Assembly: GCA_963707985.1 (NCBI GenBank)
Contig: CAVPRW010000031.1
Span: 384,001-448,000, forward strand
Length of the DNA: 64,000 bases
DNA from: an uncultured Nitrospinota bacterium
Lineage (GTDB): Bacteria > Tectomicrobia > Entotheonellia > J063 > CAVPRW01
Direction of reading: 5' to 3'
The notes beneath the pieces are model-generated. The model was given only the letters and a program-made list of their open reading frames with translations. It did no database searches and had not been told where the DNA came from. Shown in pieces: positions 1 to 11,531 of the stretch. Within the stretch, counting starts at the first letter, position 1, and every line of letters begins with the position of its first letter. A program made the translations under genes and the position numbers.

Positions 1-930
1 TCGCACCGCATGGTTCCGGGCGGTCTCCTCGACGGATTCCAGGATACGCAGCACCATCCACGCGAGCGCGAGGATCAGCACGATCTGCTCCAAGGAGTCG
101 AGCAGGCGGCTCACGATCAAGGAGGGCTGGAATTGCCGGTGTGCGATGAAGAGGAAGAGCACGAGGATCAGCAGTCGCACCGGTCCCACCACGAACGTGC
201 TCAGCACTGACGCCAGCTCGCGCCGCCAGTCGCCGTAGCAGCCGGAGCCCCAGGCTGGTGACCAGGAGTCCGAGGCCGTAGCCGACGCCGACGAAGGATC
301 GGCAGGGCCAGCCACTGCCGGAGCTGGATATCGAGAAACTCTGTCTCATTAAACACGCTCGGCAGCACCTTTCCGAGCAGCCCGTACCCATAGCGCGCGT
401 ACAGGTCTGGAATCGCGGCCACGCTCGCGGCCGAGAGCTTCCAGATCATCACGCCGTCCTCGCGTGGGACGCGCTGGAGCCGCATGTAGACTGGCATCTC
501 CGGGGTCTCGATACGCCCCACCTGCTCCACATCCGGGGGCAGGCCATCATCGAGGAACCCTGCTGCACTGTCGCTCAAGCGGTCGACATCGATCGGGACC
601 TGCTGGTCCATGACGATCTTCAAATGACGGGCCAGCTGCGGTCCCAGGGTCGTCGCTTGCTCGGCGGGGAGGGCTCGCAAGTCGAGATATTCGGCAGCCC
701 GTTGATAGTTGTGGGCGCGGGCCACCCGCCGGAACCCCTCCACCATTCGACGCGGCGTGCCGCGGTCCAGGTCGTCGACCGGAATGTCCGATCCGACCTG
801 GCGTGACTGGCCAGTTGGCTCGGGCCCCTGAGCTCCGGCCGCTTCCTGGCGGTGCGGCTGTCCCCAGGCGGGGTTCCAGGCGACCCCGAGCAGCAGCCCG
901 ATGGAGAGTAACGAGAACGAGTGTCTTCAT
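1..930 (-). CDS. MscS-family mechanosensitive channel, N-terminal part (frameshifted; runs off the window start)
   Basis: ORF 201-746 has the periplasmic pattern of long MscS proteins (AAEYLDL...LARHLKIVMD...LQRVPREDG..IWKLSAASVAAIPDLY). Signal-like start MKTLVLV at 930 follows SD GGAGG. TM segments continue in another frame below ~290. Confidence 0.7.
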
Positions 931-1276
931 GGAGGTTCCTCCTCTGATTCACCTCAGTAGCACCCAGGTCGAGATAGATGGCCCTGAGAGCACCCTGCCG
1001 GGTTTACCACTGCGCTTCACCTCGACTCCGGAGAACCCGAATACGTAGCGCCGCGCCCGCCCAGTGTGTCGGATTCCTGTCTGTGGCTCGGATCTGCACC
1101 ATGCCAGACAGTATATGGACAATTACTCCGTCTATCCGGCACAGCCGGCAAGCACTCAGGAGATCCACCTCCTGCCTGACATATCCCCCGCCACGAGGGT
1201 TTCGCCTTCGGCTGGACCTGCAAGCAGCGAAGGCACTCCTTGAAACCTGATGCCCCCCGGCAGAGCTTCCCAGGCA

Positions 1277-1987
1277 TCATGTGGTTTTCGACTCCGTCGG
1301 CTGGATCCCCTCAGCCAGCTTCAGCCCCACTAATTGCGCCACGATTACCGCGATGTAAAACTGTCCGAACATAGCCTCCATCCAGGTGAGCGATGTGGCG
1401 GGAGGCCTGATCGGCGTGATGTCGCCATAGCCCATGGTGGTCAGCGTCATGAGGCTGTAGTAATCGAACAACGATTGCCGCGAATACCAACCGCCCAGCT
1501 GGCCTGCAATGCTCTGGTGCACGCTGAAAGAGCCGGGTACGAGCAGCTCGACGAGCAAGTAGAGGCTGCCCCAGGCGGTGCCTGCCAGCAGATAGCCGCA
1601 GATGGCGCCAATGACCTCGTCACCCCTGACCACTTTCCGCTCGAAAATGCGACGCAGGATCACCCCGGCCGCAAAACCAAGGAGCGCGGCGAGGAAGGCA
1701 TGATGGATCACCGCCAGGGCCGGCTCGAACCTCTCCGGCAAGGCGTAATGCGCCCAGTTACTGGCCATGACCGGCAAGCCGATCAGCACGGATACGAGTC
1801 GCACATAGGTGCGCTGGAAGACGATGAAGAGGACGGTGAATACGAGCAAGTTGCGCAAAGCTTCCGAGATCACCAAACCTCCCAGGAACCCATGGGCCAA
1901 CGGTTGCATCACGATTGTGGCCACCATGGTCAGCAACAACACCAAGTATTTTCGCTTCTCAAGTCTGTTCGAGAAGGCGTTCTTCAT
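1277..1987 (-). CDS. Potassium channel family protein (Ion_trans_2), copy 1
   Basis: Pore signature TLTTMGYGDITP and several TM helices. Start MKNAF inferred from the paralog at 22256-22966. Confidence 0.9.
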   Translation of the reverse strand: MKNAFSNRLEKRKYLVLLLTMVATIVMQPLAHGFLGGLVISEALRNLLVFTVLFIVFQRTYVRLVSVLIGLPVMASNWAHYALPERFEPALAVIHHAFLAALLGFAAGVILRRIFERKVVRGDEVIGAICGYLLAGTAWGSLYLLVELLVPGSFSVHQSIAGQLGGWYSRQSLFDYYSLMTLTTMGYGDITPIRPPATSLTWMEAMFGQFYIAVIVAQLVGLKLAEGIQPTESKTT

Positions 1988-2347
1988 CGGCTTCCCCTCG
2001 TGCCAGAGCCCTATCCGTTGAATGCAGCCACCATGTGTGGGGTACCAACGATCGCTGCTCCATCTCCGGCCCATGCCAGTCCAGTGCACATGGAACACGC
2101 GTTGCTAGACATCCCGAGGATGCCGTCGGCCCAGCATTGGCAGTAGTAGTCAGCGATCCGGCGATCGAAATCGTGAGTCCCATCCTCAAAGAGCGAGAAC
2201 CTATGCTGCAGCCGGCGGGCCAACCTTAGGAGGCCTGAAAAAAGGCCATGGGTTTGGGCGGAGGGGAAGGCTTCAAAGAGGATAGCGCCGATGCACCACT
2301 GGCCAATGATGGTTTGGATTGCTGAAGCATGGACGAATGGCCCTGTC

Positions 2348-3187
2348 TCAGAACTGGATCGTCAACCCCAGGATCGGGCCATGCATGGTCATATCCCAGC
2401 GGAAGAGATCTCCATTGTTACGCGTGTCATAGTTCTGCGACAGGGTACGATACCCAGCGTGGGCGATGGCCGCATGTCCGAACATCTGAAAGCGATACCC
2501 GAGTAGGCCCAGAATAGAGTAGGTAAAATGCGATCCCACGCCGAAGCCGCCGATGTCCCCCCCAACCAGGAGTTGGAAGCGTTTGAACAGATCCACGGTG
2601 AAGCGGCTGCCGAGTATGGGATCCACCCATAGCTGCCATTTGGAGATATCCAGGCTAATCGGGGGGATCAAGTCCGGCCGGTCAGGAGGTGGTGCCCTGT
2701 TGACACCGAGATCGACATCGAGATAGGTCAGGCGACCACCGGCATAGAGATCAATCGCCAGTCGAGGCTCGCCCTTCGCCATGAAGTCGCTGCTGCCAAG
2801 GTCAAGCGACCACTCCCCCAGGTGATACAGCCCCCCCAGCTCCATCAGGGCCAGTTGCATCTCCAACCGTAGGGTGGTCCGGCCCGCGGGAATCCCATCC
2901 GCCCCGAGCTTCGTCCACAGCCCATCGAAGAAGCCCCCCCATGGACCATATCTCGCCTCGAAATGCCCCTCCAATCCGATCACCGATTCCGTGTCTTGCA
3001 GAATATCGATGAAGCTGGCATCTACCGCTGCGGTAATGCCCCGCAGTCCTACCTGACCCTCGAGGCCAGTCATCCAGACATACGGCGTGAGACTGAACTT
3101 CCAGCCTTCGGCAGCGGGCTCATCGGCCTTCGTTGGGGGAGGGAGGACTACGATGATGAGCCACGCAGCCAGCCAGGATATGCGCAT
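2348..3187 (-). CDS. Outer-membrane beta-barrel protein
   Basis: Signal peptide MRISWLAAW, W..LTPYVW motif, WVDPILG, C-terminal Phe (GLTIQF). Confidence 0.75.
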   Translation of the reverse strand: MRISWLAAWLIIVVLPPPTKADEPAAEGWKFSLTPYVWMTGLEGQVGLRGITAAVDASFIDILQDTESVIGLEGHFEARYGPWGGFFDGLWTKLGADGIPAGRTTLRLEMQLALMELGGLYHLGEWSLDLGSSDFMAKGEPRLAIDLYAGGRLTYLDVDLGVNRAPPPDRPDLIPPISLDISKWQLWVDPILGSRFTVDLFKRFQLLVGGDIGGFGVGSHFTYSILGLLGYRFQMFGHAAIAHAGYRTLSQNYDTRNNGDLFRWDMTMHGPILGLTIQF

Positions 3188-3378
3188 GCATAGACGCCAA
3201 CGAGGCAGGATGCCGAGAGTCACGGAACCTCCGTAGACTGGTCGCGACAGCGTGCCCCTGGTGGTGAGCGGTGAAAGCATCCACGGTCTCCTCGTTCAAG
3301 TTGAGGACATCGCTCTTGGAGTGGCAGATTCGGCGTGTCATGTCCACCGTGATGCCCCCGCCGGCCGTGTGGAGATAG

Positions 3379-6300
3379 CTATGGCAAGGCGAGTGCATCG
3401 CGGAAATCGTCTCCCTGGGAGCGGAAGGTCACGGTCCGGCCGTCGATCGAATTCAGGAAGACGATCAGGTCCGCTTGCTGTTGAGCCGTCAGCGTCGTCG
3501 GCAATGGTCCCGCTCCCCAACCTATGCAGCGGGAAGACCGCGCTGAGCGTCTGGGCTTCGCCGTTGTGCAAGTAGGGCGCATGCGAGCCTACCCCTAACA
3601 GCGACGGCACGTTAAAGCCCAAGCTACCCAAGGCCAACTGGCCAGATGTAGCGCCCGCTCCACGGATTTCGAGCGGGTCGGTGGCATCGAAGGTGCCCAC
3701 GTCTTCCAGATAGTTGAGCGTGAGCCCTGACAGGGTGAACGACACGATCTGCGCCCCGGCATTGGTGACTCCGGGGTCGAGCGGGACGCCGCCCGCGGCG
3801 GGATCTTGGGTAAAGGCCGGATTGTCGCGGTAGAAGATCTCGCTCTTGGTCCACTTCTGTCCGCCGTGGCAGGAGGCACACGTGGTGCCAAAGATCGTCT
3901 GTCCCCGACCGAGTGCCGCCGTACTACTGGGCGGAGGCCGCAGCAGTGCACGCACGGTTTGCACCCACAGCGTCTGGGCGTCGAGCGCGTCGCTCGCGCC
4001 CTGCGTGATACCGTGGTCGTAGATGTTCGGGTTGGCTGGCGTCGTAGCCCCCAACGTGGGACACGCACCGGGCGAGGCGAACGCGTCGCTGGCAAAGCCA
4101 CAGCCTCCCTGGACGTTGCGTGCGTTGTTGTTGAAGTCGGTGTTACTGCCACGCGCCGCACTCCAGAGCACGATCTTCTGGTCGTCCGGGTTGTCCTTGG
4201 CGAAAAAGGCGTCGAGCGGCAGCGTTTGACGCGGGCCAGCGGGGAAGAGCCAGGTCACACCGTCCGAGAGCCCATCGGGATGGCAGGAGGCACAACTGCT
4301 CCAGGCATTGTTCGAGGCCTTCCCGCGGTTGGCCAGCGGGACGATGTCACGGATGGGGGTTCCGAAGATGCCATTATCCGGGAGGCCCAGGGCCGTGAAG
4401 AACGCCAGCTTGCCGAGGAGGACGGCATGCGCAAAAGTGCCGGGCGTAGGGGGCTCGCCGGCGGGGATGTCGCGGGTCAGCACGGTATTTGCCAGCAGAT
4501 CGATGGCGGTGATGGATACATTGGCCTCGTTGTTGGCGTAGGCACGCCTCGCATCCTTGCTGATGACCACCCCATTCGGCAGGTTGCCGGTCTGAAAACG
4601 CACGACGTTGGGCGCCCCGAGGCTCAGCTTCCCGTTGGCGTCAAGGCTCGCCCGCACGACGTAGTTGCCACCCCGGCTGACGACCAGGAAGGCACCTCCA
4701 GGGAAGCCCCGGATGTCGCGGGCGTTGGCATCGATGGCCACCAGGTCATTCCCAAATAAGCGGCCGAGGCTACCGGTCGGGTTGGCGGGCGGGACCTCGG
4801 TCTTGATGTCGTTGTTCAGATTGACATGCAACGCCGTCTGCTCCACCAGTCCAGTGGTGTCCACCACATGGACGAGGGCCTGCACATTGACGGTAAATTG
4901 TACCGGAGGCTCGGGGGCCGCACCGATGCTGGGCAGAAAGAGGCGATTACCGAAAATCACTGCTGATAAGAGCTGGTTTGGGAAGGCGCCCTGTGGGACC
5001 TGCGTAATCGTGGGACTCCCTGGCGGGGCCGCCAGATTGGGGCAGAAGATGGTGCTGTGGAGCAGCGACGGATTTGGGCTCGTCTGCAGGCAGAAAGCGG
5101 TGCGATCGGCCGTAAAGCCAGCGTTTGCCAGTGGGGACAGGGTAATACGCGTGATAGCGCCGGGGTTGGCCACCGGAAACGTCTGGACGACGCCGCGTTT
5201 CCCAGTATCAAATCCCTCGCCGGGTCCGCCGGGGATGAGCTCGGCAAAGAACTGGGTCACGAAGACGCGCTCATCCTGATCGTCGGCATCGCCGTTGTTC
5301 GTGATCGCCACCGCCATGGGATTCCCCCCAACAGGCACGGTGCCGATGACCGATCGCGCCAGAGGGTCGATGATGGAGACCGTGCCAGCCGTATGGTTGG
5401 CGACAAACAGTCGCGTGCCGTTCGGCGTGATCGCCAAGCCCCGAGGCTCGGTGCCAACGGGGATCTGCGCGACGACCCTGAAGGCATCTGAGCCGAGAAG
5501 GGAGACGACCGCGACCGTGCTGTCCAGTGCATTGGTGACGTAGGCTTCCTGATCGTCTGGGCTGAGGGCCACGAAGCGAGGCTCATTGCCGACGGCCACC
5601 TCGGCGAGAAGTTTAGCCGTATCAAGGCCATTCTGGTCGCGCACCTCGATCACAGACAGGCTCTGCGTCTCCCGATTGACAAGGACGGCGCGGCGATCAT
5701 CGGAGGTCAGGGCGATGGTGGTCGAGCGGCTCGGGGCGGTGAGCCGCTGCAGGACGGGAAGGACATTCACGGTGACCGTCCCGGTGTCCGTGCCGTCTCT
5801 CCCGTCGCCGATGGTGTAGGCGAAGCTATCGGTGCCGTTGAAGCGAGCATCGGGGGTGTACGTGAGGGTGTTGTCGGGGTTGATGCGCACGGTCCCATGG
5901 CGAGGTTCAACGAGGGACACCACGTTGAGCAGGTCCCCATCGGCATCACGATCATTGGCAAGCACTTTGACCACGATCGGTTCGTCTTCATTGGTGGTAA
6001 TCGTGAGATCCTGAGCGACCGGTTCATGCCTCGCCGGAGGTGTCTGTCCTCCAACCTCGGGCACGTTGCTGCCCCCTCCATCCCCACCGCAGCCGGCCAG
6101 GGCCAGGAGGAGACTCCCCACGGCGATGGCACCAGTGAGGATGGCGCTGGCCTGCCCCTTCCACCCGCTCCGAGATGGTCTGTCTTGGGGCTTGACCGGG
6201 CTGGAGAGCCATTGACAGGGGTGATGGAAAACCGTCTTCCACAGGTCGATCATGGGTCTACTTCCACGCTGATGAGCTGCTGCTGTGCTGCACACCATAG

Positions 6301-6391
6301 CTCCCTCGCTTCGTGCGCCCGAGCCGATGAGCTTGCGACCGCCCGCCGTCGGGTCAGCGCCATCCAGGCCCTGTGTTCGTGGTTGCTCCAT
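3379..6391 (-). CDS. Large lipoprotein: Ig-like (Big_9/cadherin-like) + YVTN beta-propeller + di-heme cytochrome c peroxidase-like domain; frameshift near 3500
   Basis: Lipobox LALAGC; T.NED...VLANDRDADG...GTDSFAYTI; repeats EAYVTNA, LFVANH, AYANNE; two CASCH motifs; NVPSLLG..PYLHNG. The C-terminus QQADLIVFLNSID is in ORF 3379-3582. True start uncertain (6252 or 6391). Confidence 0.8.
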
Positions 6392-6451
6392 GCGCTCTAT
6401 ATTACGGTGTAGGGTCGATCTCCCCTCCTTAAAAATCGCCGCATTCTATAA

Positions 6452-6484
6452 CTCTTTCCAATCCCTTTCCAAGCAATTTCAGCG
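6452..6484 (-). promoter_or_regulatory. Three 11-bp-phased direct repeats next to a minus-strand -10 box (TAGAAT, 6443-6448)
   Basis: ctctttccaat / ccctttccaag / caatttcagcg directly upstream of the beta-propeller cytochrome gene. Confidence 0.4.
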
Positions 6485-6504
6485 GCGATACCTTTGCGAC
6501 GCCT

Positions 6505-7412
6505 TCATTGGAGCCGCTTCAGTGTGCCCTGTTTCGGGCCAGGGAGCGCGGTTCCACCCACAGTTAGGTCTTGAGATTGCCAGGTGAGGGTCTCTTCATC
6601 GACTGGCGTGATGATATTGGTCGCGGACACCTGCTTGCCATCTCGCAGGGTAAACGTGGTCTTGATCATCCACTGGTTTCCATCCTTAGTCCAGATCCCT
6701 TCGCCGAAGCCACCACTCAGCTCAAAACTCCATGAACGGATCTGCTGTGCTACGGGATCCCAACCAATCCACTGGGTGGCGCTACTGACGGGGATACCTT
6801 TCAGCGTGGTGGTTAAGGAGGCCACAATGAAATTCTGCTGTTCAGCCCAGGCAAAGGACATTCGAGCCCCCTCGGCCGTGTCGCCCGTGTCCCGCCAGTC
6901 ACCGATCAACCACTCAAGCTCTTGCAGGTAGTCGTACTGCGAGGGGGGAACAAAGACGGCTTCGCGCACGCTGGCCAAGCGCCACTGCCCGTCCTGTTTG
7001 ACGTGGATCACGGTGTAGCGTGCGCGACTCGGCGGCCCACTGTCGGTAGGCAGCAGGTCTGTGGTCCCGTCCTCGATGGCGACATCCGGCGTCAGCAGGC
7101 GGAGGGAAGTGACGGTGATGTCCAACTTCAGGCCCGGGTGTGCGAGAAGAGCTGCTGATAGGCGTGCTCAATGGCCTGACGTCCCTGCAGATGGTGACCG
7201 CCTTGATCCAGGTAATCGCCATCGGGTGTCCAACAGGCCGCCAGGGCGGTGGCATCGCCTGCGTTGAACGCCGCCATAAACACCTCGGCACGCGCCCGCA
7301 GGGCGGTCTCTTCCTGGGAGGTGGCTTGCACCTCTGCGGACCACCCAGGCTGAACCAGGCCATTGACCAGCAACGCTATGACTACCAGGAACCACGACAA
7401 CCGCGTTTTCAT
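6505..7412 (-). CDS. SgcJ/EcaC (SnoaL-like/DUF4440) family exported protein, split by a frameshift at ~7130
   Basis: AFNAGDA..LAACWTPDG...GRQAIE (ORF 7128-7412) continues as LLTPDVAIEDG...VKQDGQWRL...LEWLIGDW (ORF 6505-7125). Confidence 0.8.
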
Positions 7413-7600
7413 GCACTGCTCCTTTCCTAAGACAACGGACTATGTGCGGGGACGCACAGCCGCCTCTCCCGGCAGACTTTCCGCACCACGCCTGGCATCA
7501 CGGCCGCGTGGCAGGCGATGACACGGTCTAGCGCGCGCACCCGGCGGATCTTCCGTCACTCGTGGTCGATTGTCCCTTCTTGCGCCGGAGGATCCACGCA

Positions 7601-8107
7601 TCAAAAATCTCTGAGCGTGACTGTGAAATCATCTCTGAGCAGTCGCACGTCGAACATGTCCGTCATACCTAAGTGCCCCGGCACAAATCGCCCGGTGATG
7701 CGCATGATGACACCATTCTCGTTCTGGTACACGCGACTGCGGTCAGAGCCCCCCACGGCGCTCGTCACCGCAGGCGTCGCTTTGCGATAACTACCGGCGA
7801 AGTCCGCCACCTCCTCGAGGTGGTAAACGTTGCCATAGATGGTAACCTGCTGGCCGCTGCGAGCAAACCGATCGTTCCACTGGTTGAGTGTTAACGCTTC
7901 CACTGTAAACCTATAATTCATATGGTTGTCGCCAAGCCGGCCATCGCCCCAACTGAGCCCCATCCCCGGGGAAATCGATGTCGTCGTCACCTGAAAGCGC
8001 GCGTCAGGCTTTGGCCCGGCGTCTTCGGGTGCTGCTGATTGCTGGGGCATAGCACAGCCCGCCACCAACACCAGGGCCAACAGTGCAAACACTAGCCTCG
8101 TTCTCAT
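7601..8107 (-). CDS. Uncharacterised lipoprotein (EipA/DUF1134-like), copy 1
   Basis: Lipobox LVAGC; G.SWGDG.L, G.VYHL...DFAG.Y, QNENGV. Paralog at 38341-38848. Confidence 0.7.
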   Translation of the reverse strand: MRTRLVFALLALVLVAGCAMPQQSAAPEDAGPKPDARFQVTTTSISPGMGLSWGDGRLGDNHMNYRFTVEALTLNQWNDRFARSGQQVTIYGNVYHLEEVADFAGSYRKATPAVTSAVGGSDRSRVYQNENGVIMRITGRFVPGHLGMTDMFDVRLLRDDFTVTLRDF

Positions 8108-8165
8108 CGCATCCTCCAATTGTTCTCCGATGGGTTACCCACTGTCCTCCTGTACAAAGTCATAG

Positions 8166-8530
8166 TTATAGCAAGATCAAGGCGATCGTGCGAGACGGGT
8201 TCGCCGCGGGGCCACCATCGAAGCTGTCGCCGAGCGGCAGTTGCAGGTTGATGCGATTGGTTACTGGGACGTTGCGGATCTTGACGAACTCTGCCGGGCT
8301 GGCGAGTTGGGCTATCTGCACCTGGAGCACGGACACCAGGTCGATGGCGCCGGCCTGGTACGTGATGGTGGCGATCCGCACCGCCTTGGTGCGATCGTTG
8401 AGGGTATCCTCATGGGACTAAAAGCGCTCCGTCAGGAGGGTCTCGTTGGCCAACGCCCTCTCCACCTTGTGGAAGGCCTGCAGGACGACGCTCCCATACG
8501 CTGCGAGCGCATGCTCCTGCTGCGTTGTGA
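8166..8530 (-). pseudogene. C-terminal fragment of a TolC/NodT efflux outer-membrane protein
   Basis: ALAAYGSVVLQAFHKVERALANE*...YQAGAIDLVSVLQVQ...NRINLQLPLGDSF with an internal stop; 5' part missing next to the IS. Confidence 0.7.
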
Positions 8531-8673
8531 AGATGAGGAGCAGGTGCAGTATGAACAAATGTGCCACGCCCCAGTGATGCTCAGCGTGACCACTGTCAGA
8601 TTGAAAAAGGTGAGGTGAATGCGAAGACAAAGATAGCGGCGATGAGCAGCGCCGCAACCATACCGACTGCCTC

Positions 8674-10372
8674 CTGAAGTTCCAACATAACGGTTAGCCG
8701 CGTGATGTGAGCCTCTAATTGACCAAGACCTGCTGGAGGTTGCCGATTTCAGGCGGGACATCTTTGAGCTTGACTCCTAACAGGCGTGAGGACTCGGCGA
8801 GATGAAAAAGGCCATAATAGCCCTGCGCCAACACGATGACCAGTGCGCGCGTCTGCTCCAAATGCTGGCGCCGCCAGCGTTGCCAGCCGACAGGCTCTCC
8901 CCCCCCTGGCCTCGCGCTCACACTCCCGCCGATACGCGGTGGCCAGGGCGAACCTCAGCATCGTGCACAGCACCTGGACCCGCACCGCCCGGTCGGTTTT
9001 TGGGGGCGGAGGGCCTAGGTCCCACTGTGGCTTGGCCTCTGTGATGCAGCAGGTCTCGCTGAGGCGGCGAGCGTCATCGTCATCAACGGGCTGCCGCGGC
9101 TTGGCCACCGACGCATGAGTCAAGAAGACGGTTGTGCCTCCTGGACCGTGCTCCTTGCCCCGCCACTTCCGTACCACCACCGCGTTGATGGGGTTGGGCT
9201 GACCGTCACGGCGATGCTGCTGCCGCCCAGGCGCTGGGCTCCCGTAGTGGTCATCGGTCGTCAGGCCGATGATCCCGACCCCCTCGGTTTCCCGCCGCTC
9301 GCTCCAGGCCCCTTGGCCTTGGCCATGGCGCCCGGTGTGTACGCGGCGGCCACCCGTGCGATCTTCTCCCGCCGCCGCTTGGGCGCGGGCGTCCGCCGTC
9401 ACCGCCAGGTGTGTTTTCGCGGGCACGACCACGTGGATGCCCTGCTGGTCGAGCCACCACACGGTGGTGCCATCCAAAAAGCCCTTATCAAAGACCACCG
9501 TGTGCAGCCGGGCGTAGCCGGCCACATGCATCCGCGCTTACGTGACCAAGGCTCGGGCCCAAAGCGCCTCATGCTCTTGAATCTGCCCCACTTTGACCGC
9601 CAATGGAATCTTGGTGGCGGCATCGATCAAGAGGAACCCTGTCCAGCCGTAGACCGTGACCTCGATCGCGTGTACCTGGCCTCGTCTATCTTCGAGGCAC
9701 ACCGTGCGGGTGACCTGGCCACAGCCCGTGTAGGGCTCCGTCGTCTCCAGATCCGTGCCATCCGCAAGGCCGGTGACCTTGGTGCCCAAGACCCTCGCCT
9801 GGGCCAGGGCCCGAATGGCCCCATTCACTACCATCTCCAGATCCCGCAGGTGCCATTGCACGATGGTCTGGGCCAACGTGTCCGGGCCGAGCGGTCCTGG
9901 GAGCCGCTCGCCCTGCCGCACGTGCTGGGCCTTGCAGCCCACCCACAGCATCACGGCCTCATCACTGCACAGCAAGCGGGGCAGGGCCTTGCGGCGTTGA
10001 ATCCCCAACACGGGCTTCATCCCATAGCGCAGGACAGACTGCCCGACGGGAAGCAGCTCGCGGTGGATGGCGGCCCCGTGGACTTCCTCCAGCAGCGCCA
10101 TCACGCCGAGGGCCTGCAGGAAGTGAAAAAAGCCATCCAGCAACGCGCCTTCATCGAGCCGATACACCCCATCGACCAGGTGTTTGCGGTACAGACGGCG
10201 CGCCACCCGCGAATCCTCGCGCCGGGCGCTCTCCCAGCACCACCGCTCCGCCAGGTTCTGTGTGATCTCGTCGGGTCTTGGTCCCATGGTCCACCCGCCT
10301 CCCTTGCATGTGCCCCATCTAGAGAGGCAAGGGGACCGGCGATCAAGATCTCGGCCTATGTTGGAACTTCAG
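8674..10372 (-). mobile_element. Degenerate insertion sequence (DDE transposase, IS4/IS5-superfamily-like) with perfect 16-bp TIRs
   Basis: CTGAAGTTCCAACATA at 8674-8689 and its reverse complement at 10357-10372. Transposase broken over ORFs 9538-10287, 8749-9531 and 8715-8921 (ADGTDLET, VFDKGFLDG, R..SE...EAK.QWDL). No TSD seen. Confidence 0.85.
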
Positions 10373-10477
10373 AACACGTTGACATCACAAGCCGATTGTG
10401 AAGGGCTCAGGGCGTTATCACGAAAATCGATGGAATGTGATACGCTCATGAGTGCGGGTTCACAGGGCTGATGGACA

Positions 10478-11512
10478 GTGACCCAGGTCTCCCAGGCGTT
10501 CAGCATGGGCTCGGATCACCCTGTACCTGGCATACCTATCGGCATGGCTCAACCAGAGGACACACGGTGGCCAACCAGCGTCAGCACCGCGGCAGCCACT
10601 CAACCGGACCCAGCGAAGAACCATGCAGGACGCCGAGGGATCCTCCTCGCGGCTGCCGCGGCGGCGTTCGTGTTCCTTGGCGTGGTTGCCGTCGCGCTGA
10701 CCAATGCGTTCGTCAACTACACCAGCACCGACAGCTTTTGCGGCACGACCTGCCACTCGATGACCTGGGCTGCCAAGACCTACAAGCGGTCACCGCACTT
10801 CGACAATAGGTATGGCGTGCGCGTCACCTGCGGCGATTGCCACATCCCGTATGATTCGAACCACCCTAGCCCTCTGCAATACGTCGGCTTGCTCCTGTTC
10901 AAGGCCGATCGCGGCGCGAAGGATGTGTGGGGCGAGCTCACGAGGCGCATTCGTACCGAAGAAGACTGGGAGAAACGCCGCCCGCAGCTGGTCGCGACGG
11001 TCGAAACCTTTCTGAAGACGCACGACTCCATCACGTGTCGCGGCTGTCACACCCTTGAGGCGTTCTCCGGTCCACGCAATGCCATGAGGCAGCTCGTGCA
11101 TCGGGGCGTCATCACGGCAGACGCGGTCGAATGCTTGACGTGCCATGCCGGTATCGGTCATGTCGTCGAAGGCGCGAACACGTCGAGTGGCGGATGGTAC
11201 ACCCCGCAGCAGGCCGCAGACGGAGCCCTGGTCTATGCACGGGCCTGCTCCATGTGCCATGGCGCTGGGTTGCATGGGGCTGGGGGTCCCGCGCTCGTCG
11301 GTCAACCATTCTGGCAAGCGTATGGCGGTCAAAGGGTCTCGACGCTCTGGTCGGCTGTGCACACGCAGATGCCCATGGCCGCACCGGGCTCCGTTCCGGT
11401 GAAAGACTCGATCGACATCATGGCGTTCCTCTTGCAGCAAAATGGCGTGACCTCTGGCGCGACACCACTCGACGATACGGTGGACTTGACGAAGGTGCTG
11501 CCGCCTCAATAG
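10478..11512 (+). CDS. NapC/NirT-family tetraheme cytochrome fused to a C-terminal monoheme cytochrome c (TorC-like layout)
   Basis: N-terminal TM; CGTTCHSM, CGDCHIP, CRGCH, CLTCH.GIGH, then CSMCHG...GPAL...MP. Confidence 0.85.
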   Translation: MTQVSQAFSMGSDHPVPGIPIGMAQPEDTRWPTSVSTAAATQPDPAKNHAGRRGILLAAAAAAFVFLGVVAVALTNAFVNYTSTDSFCGTTCHSMTWAAKTYKRSPHFDNRYGVRVTCGDCHIPYDSNHPSPLQYVGLLLFKADRGAKDVWGELTRRIRTEEDWEKRRPQLVATVETFLKTHDSITCRGCHTLEAFSGPRNAMRQLVHRGVITADAVECLTCHAGIGHVVEGANTSSGGWYTPQQAADGALVYARACSMCHGAGLHGAGGPALVGQPFWQAYGGQRVSTLWSAVHTQMPMAAPGSVPVKDSIDIMAFLLQQNGVTSGATPLDDTVDLTKVLPPQ

Positions 11513-11531
11513 GTGGTTGGGTCAGAGGGTG

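Noticed and set aside
9115..10401. 428-aa plus-strand ORF
   Set aside because: Antisense shadow of the degenerate transposase; no recognisable motifs.
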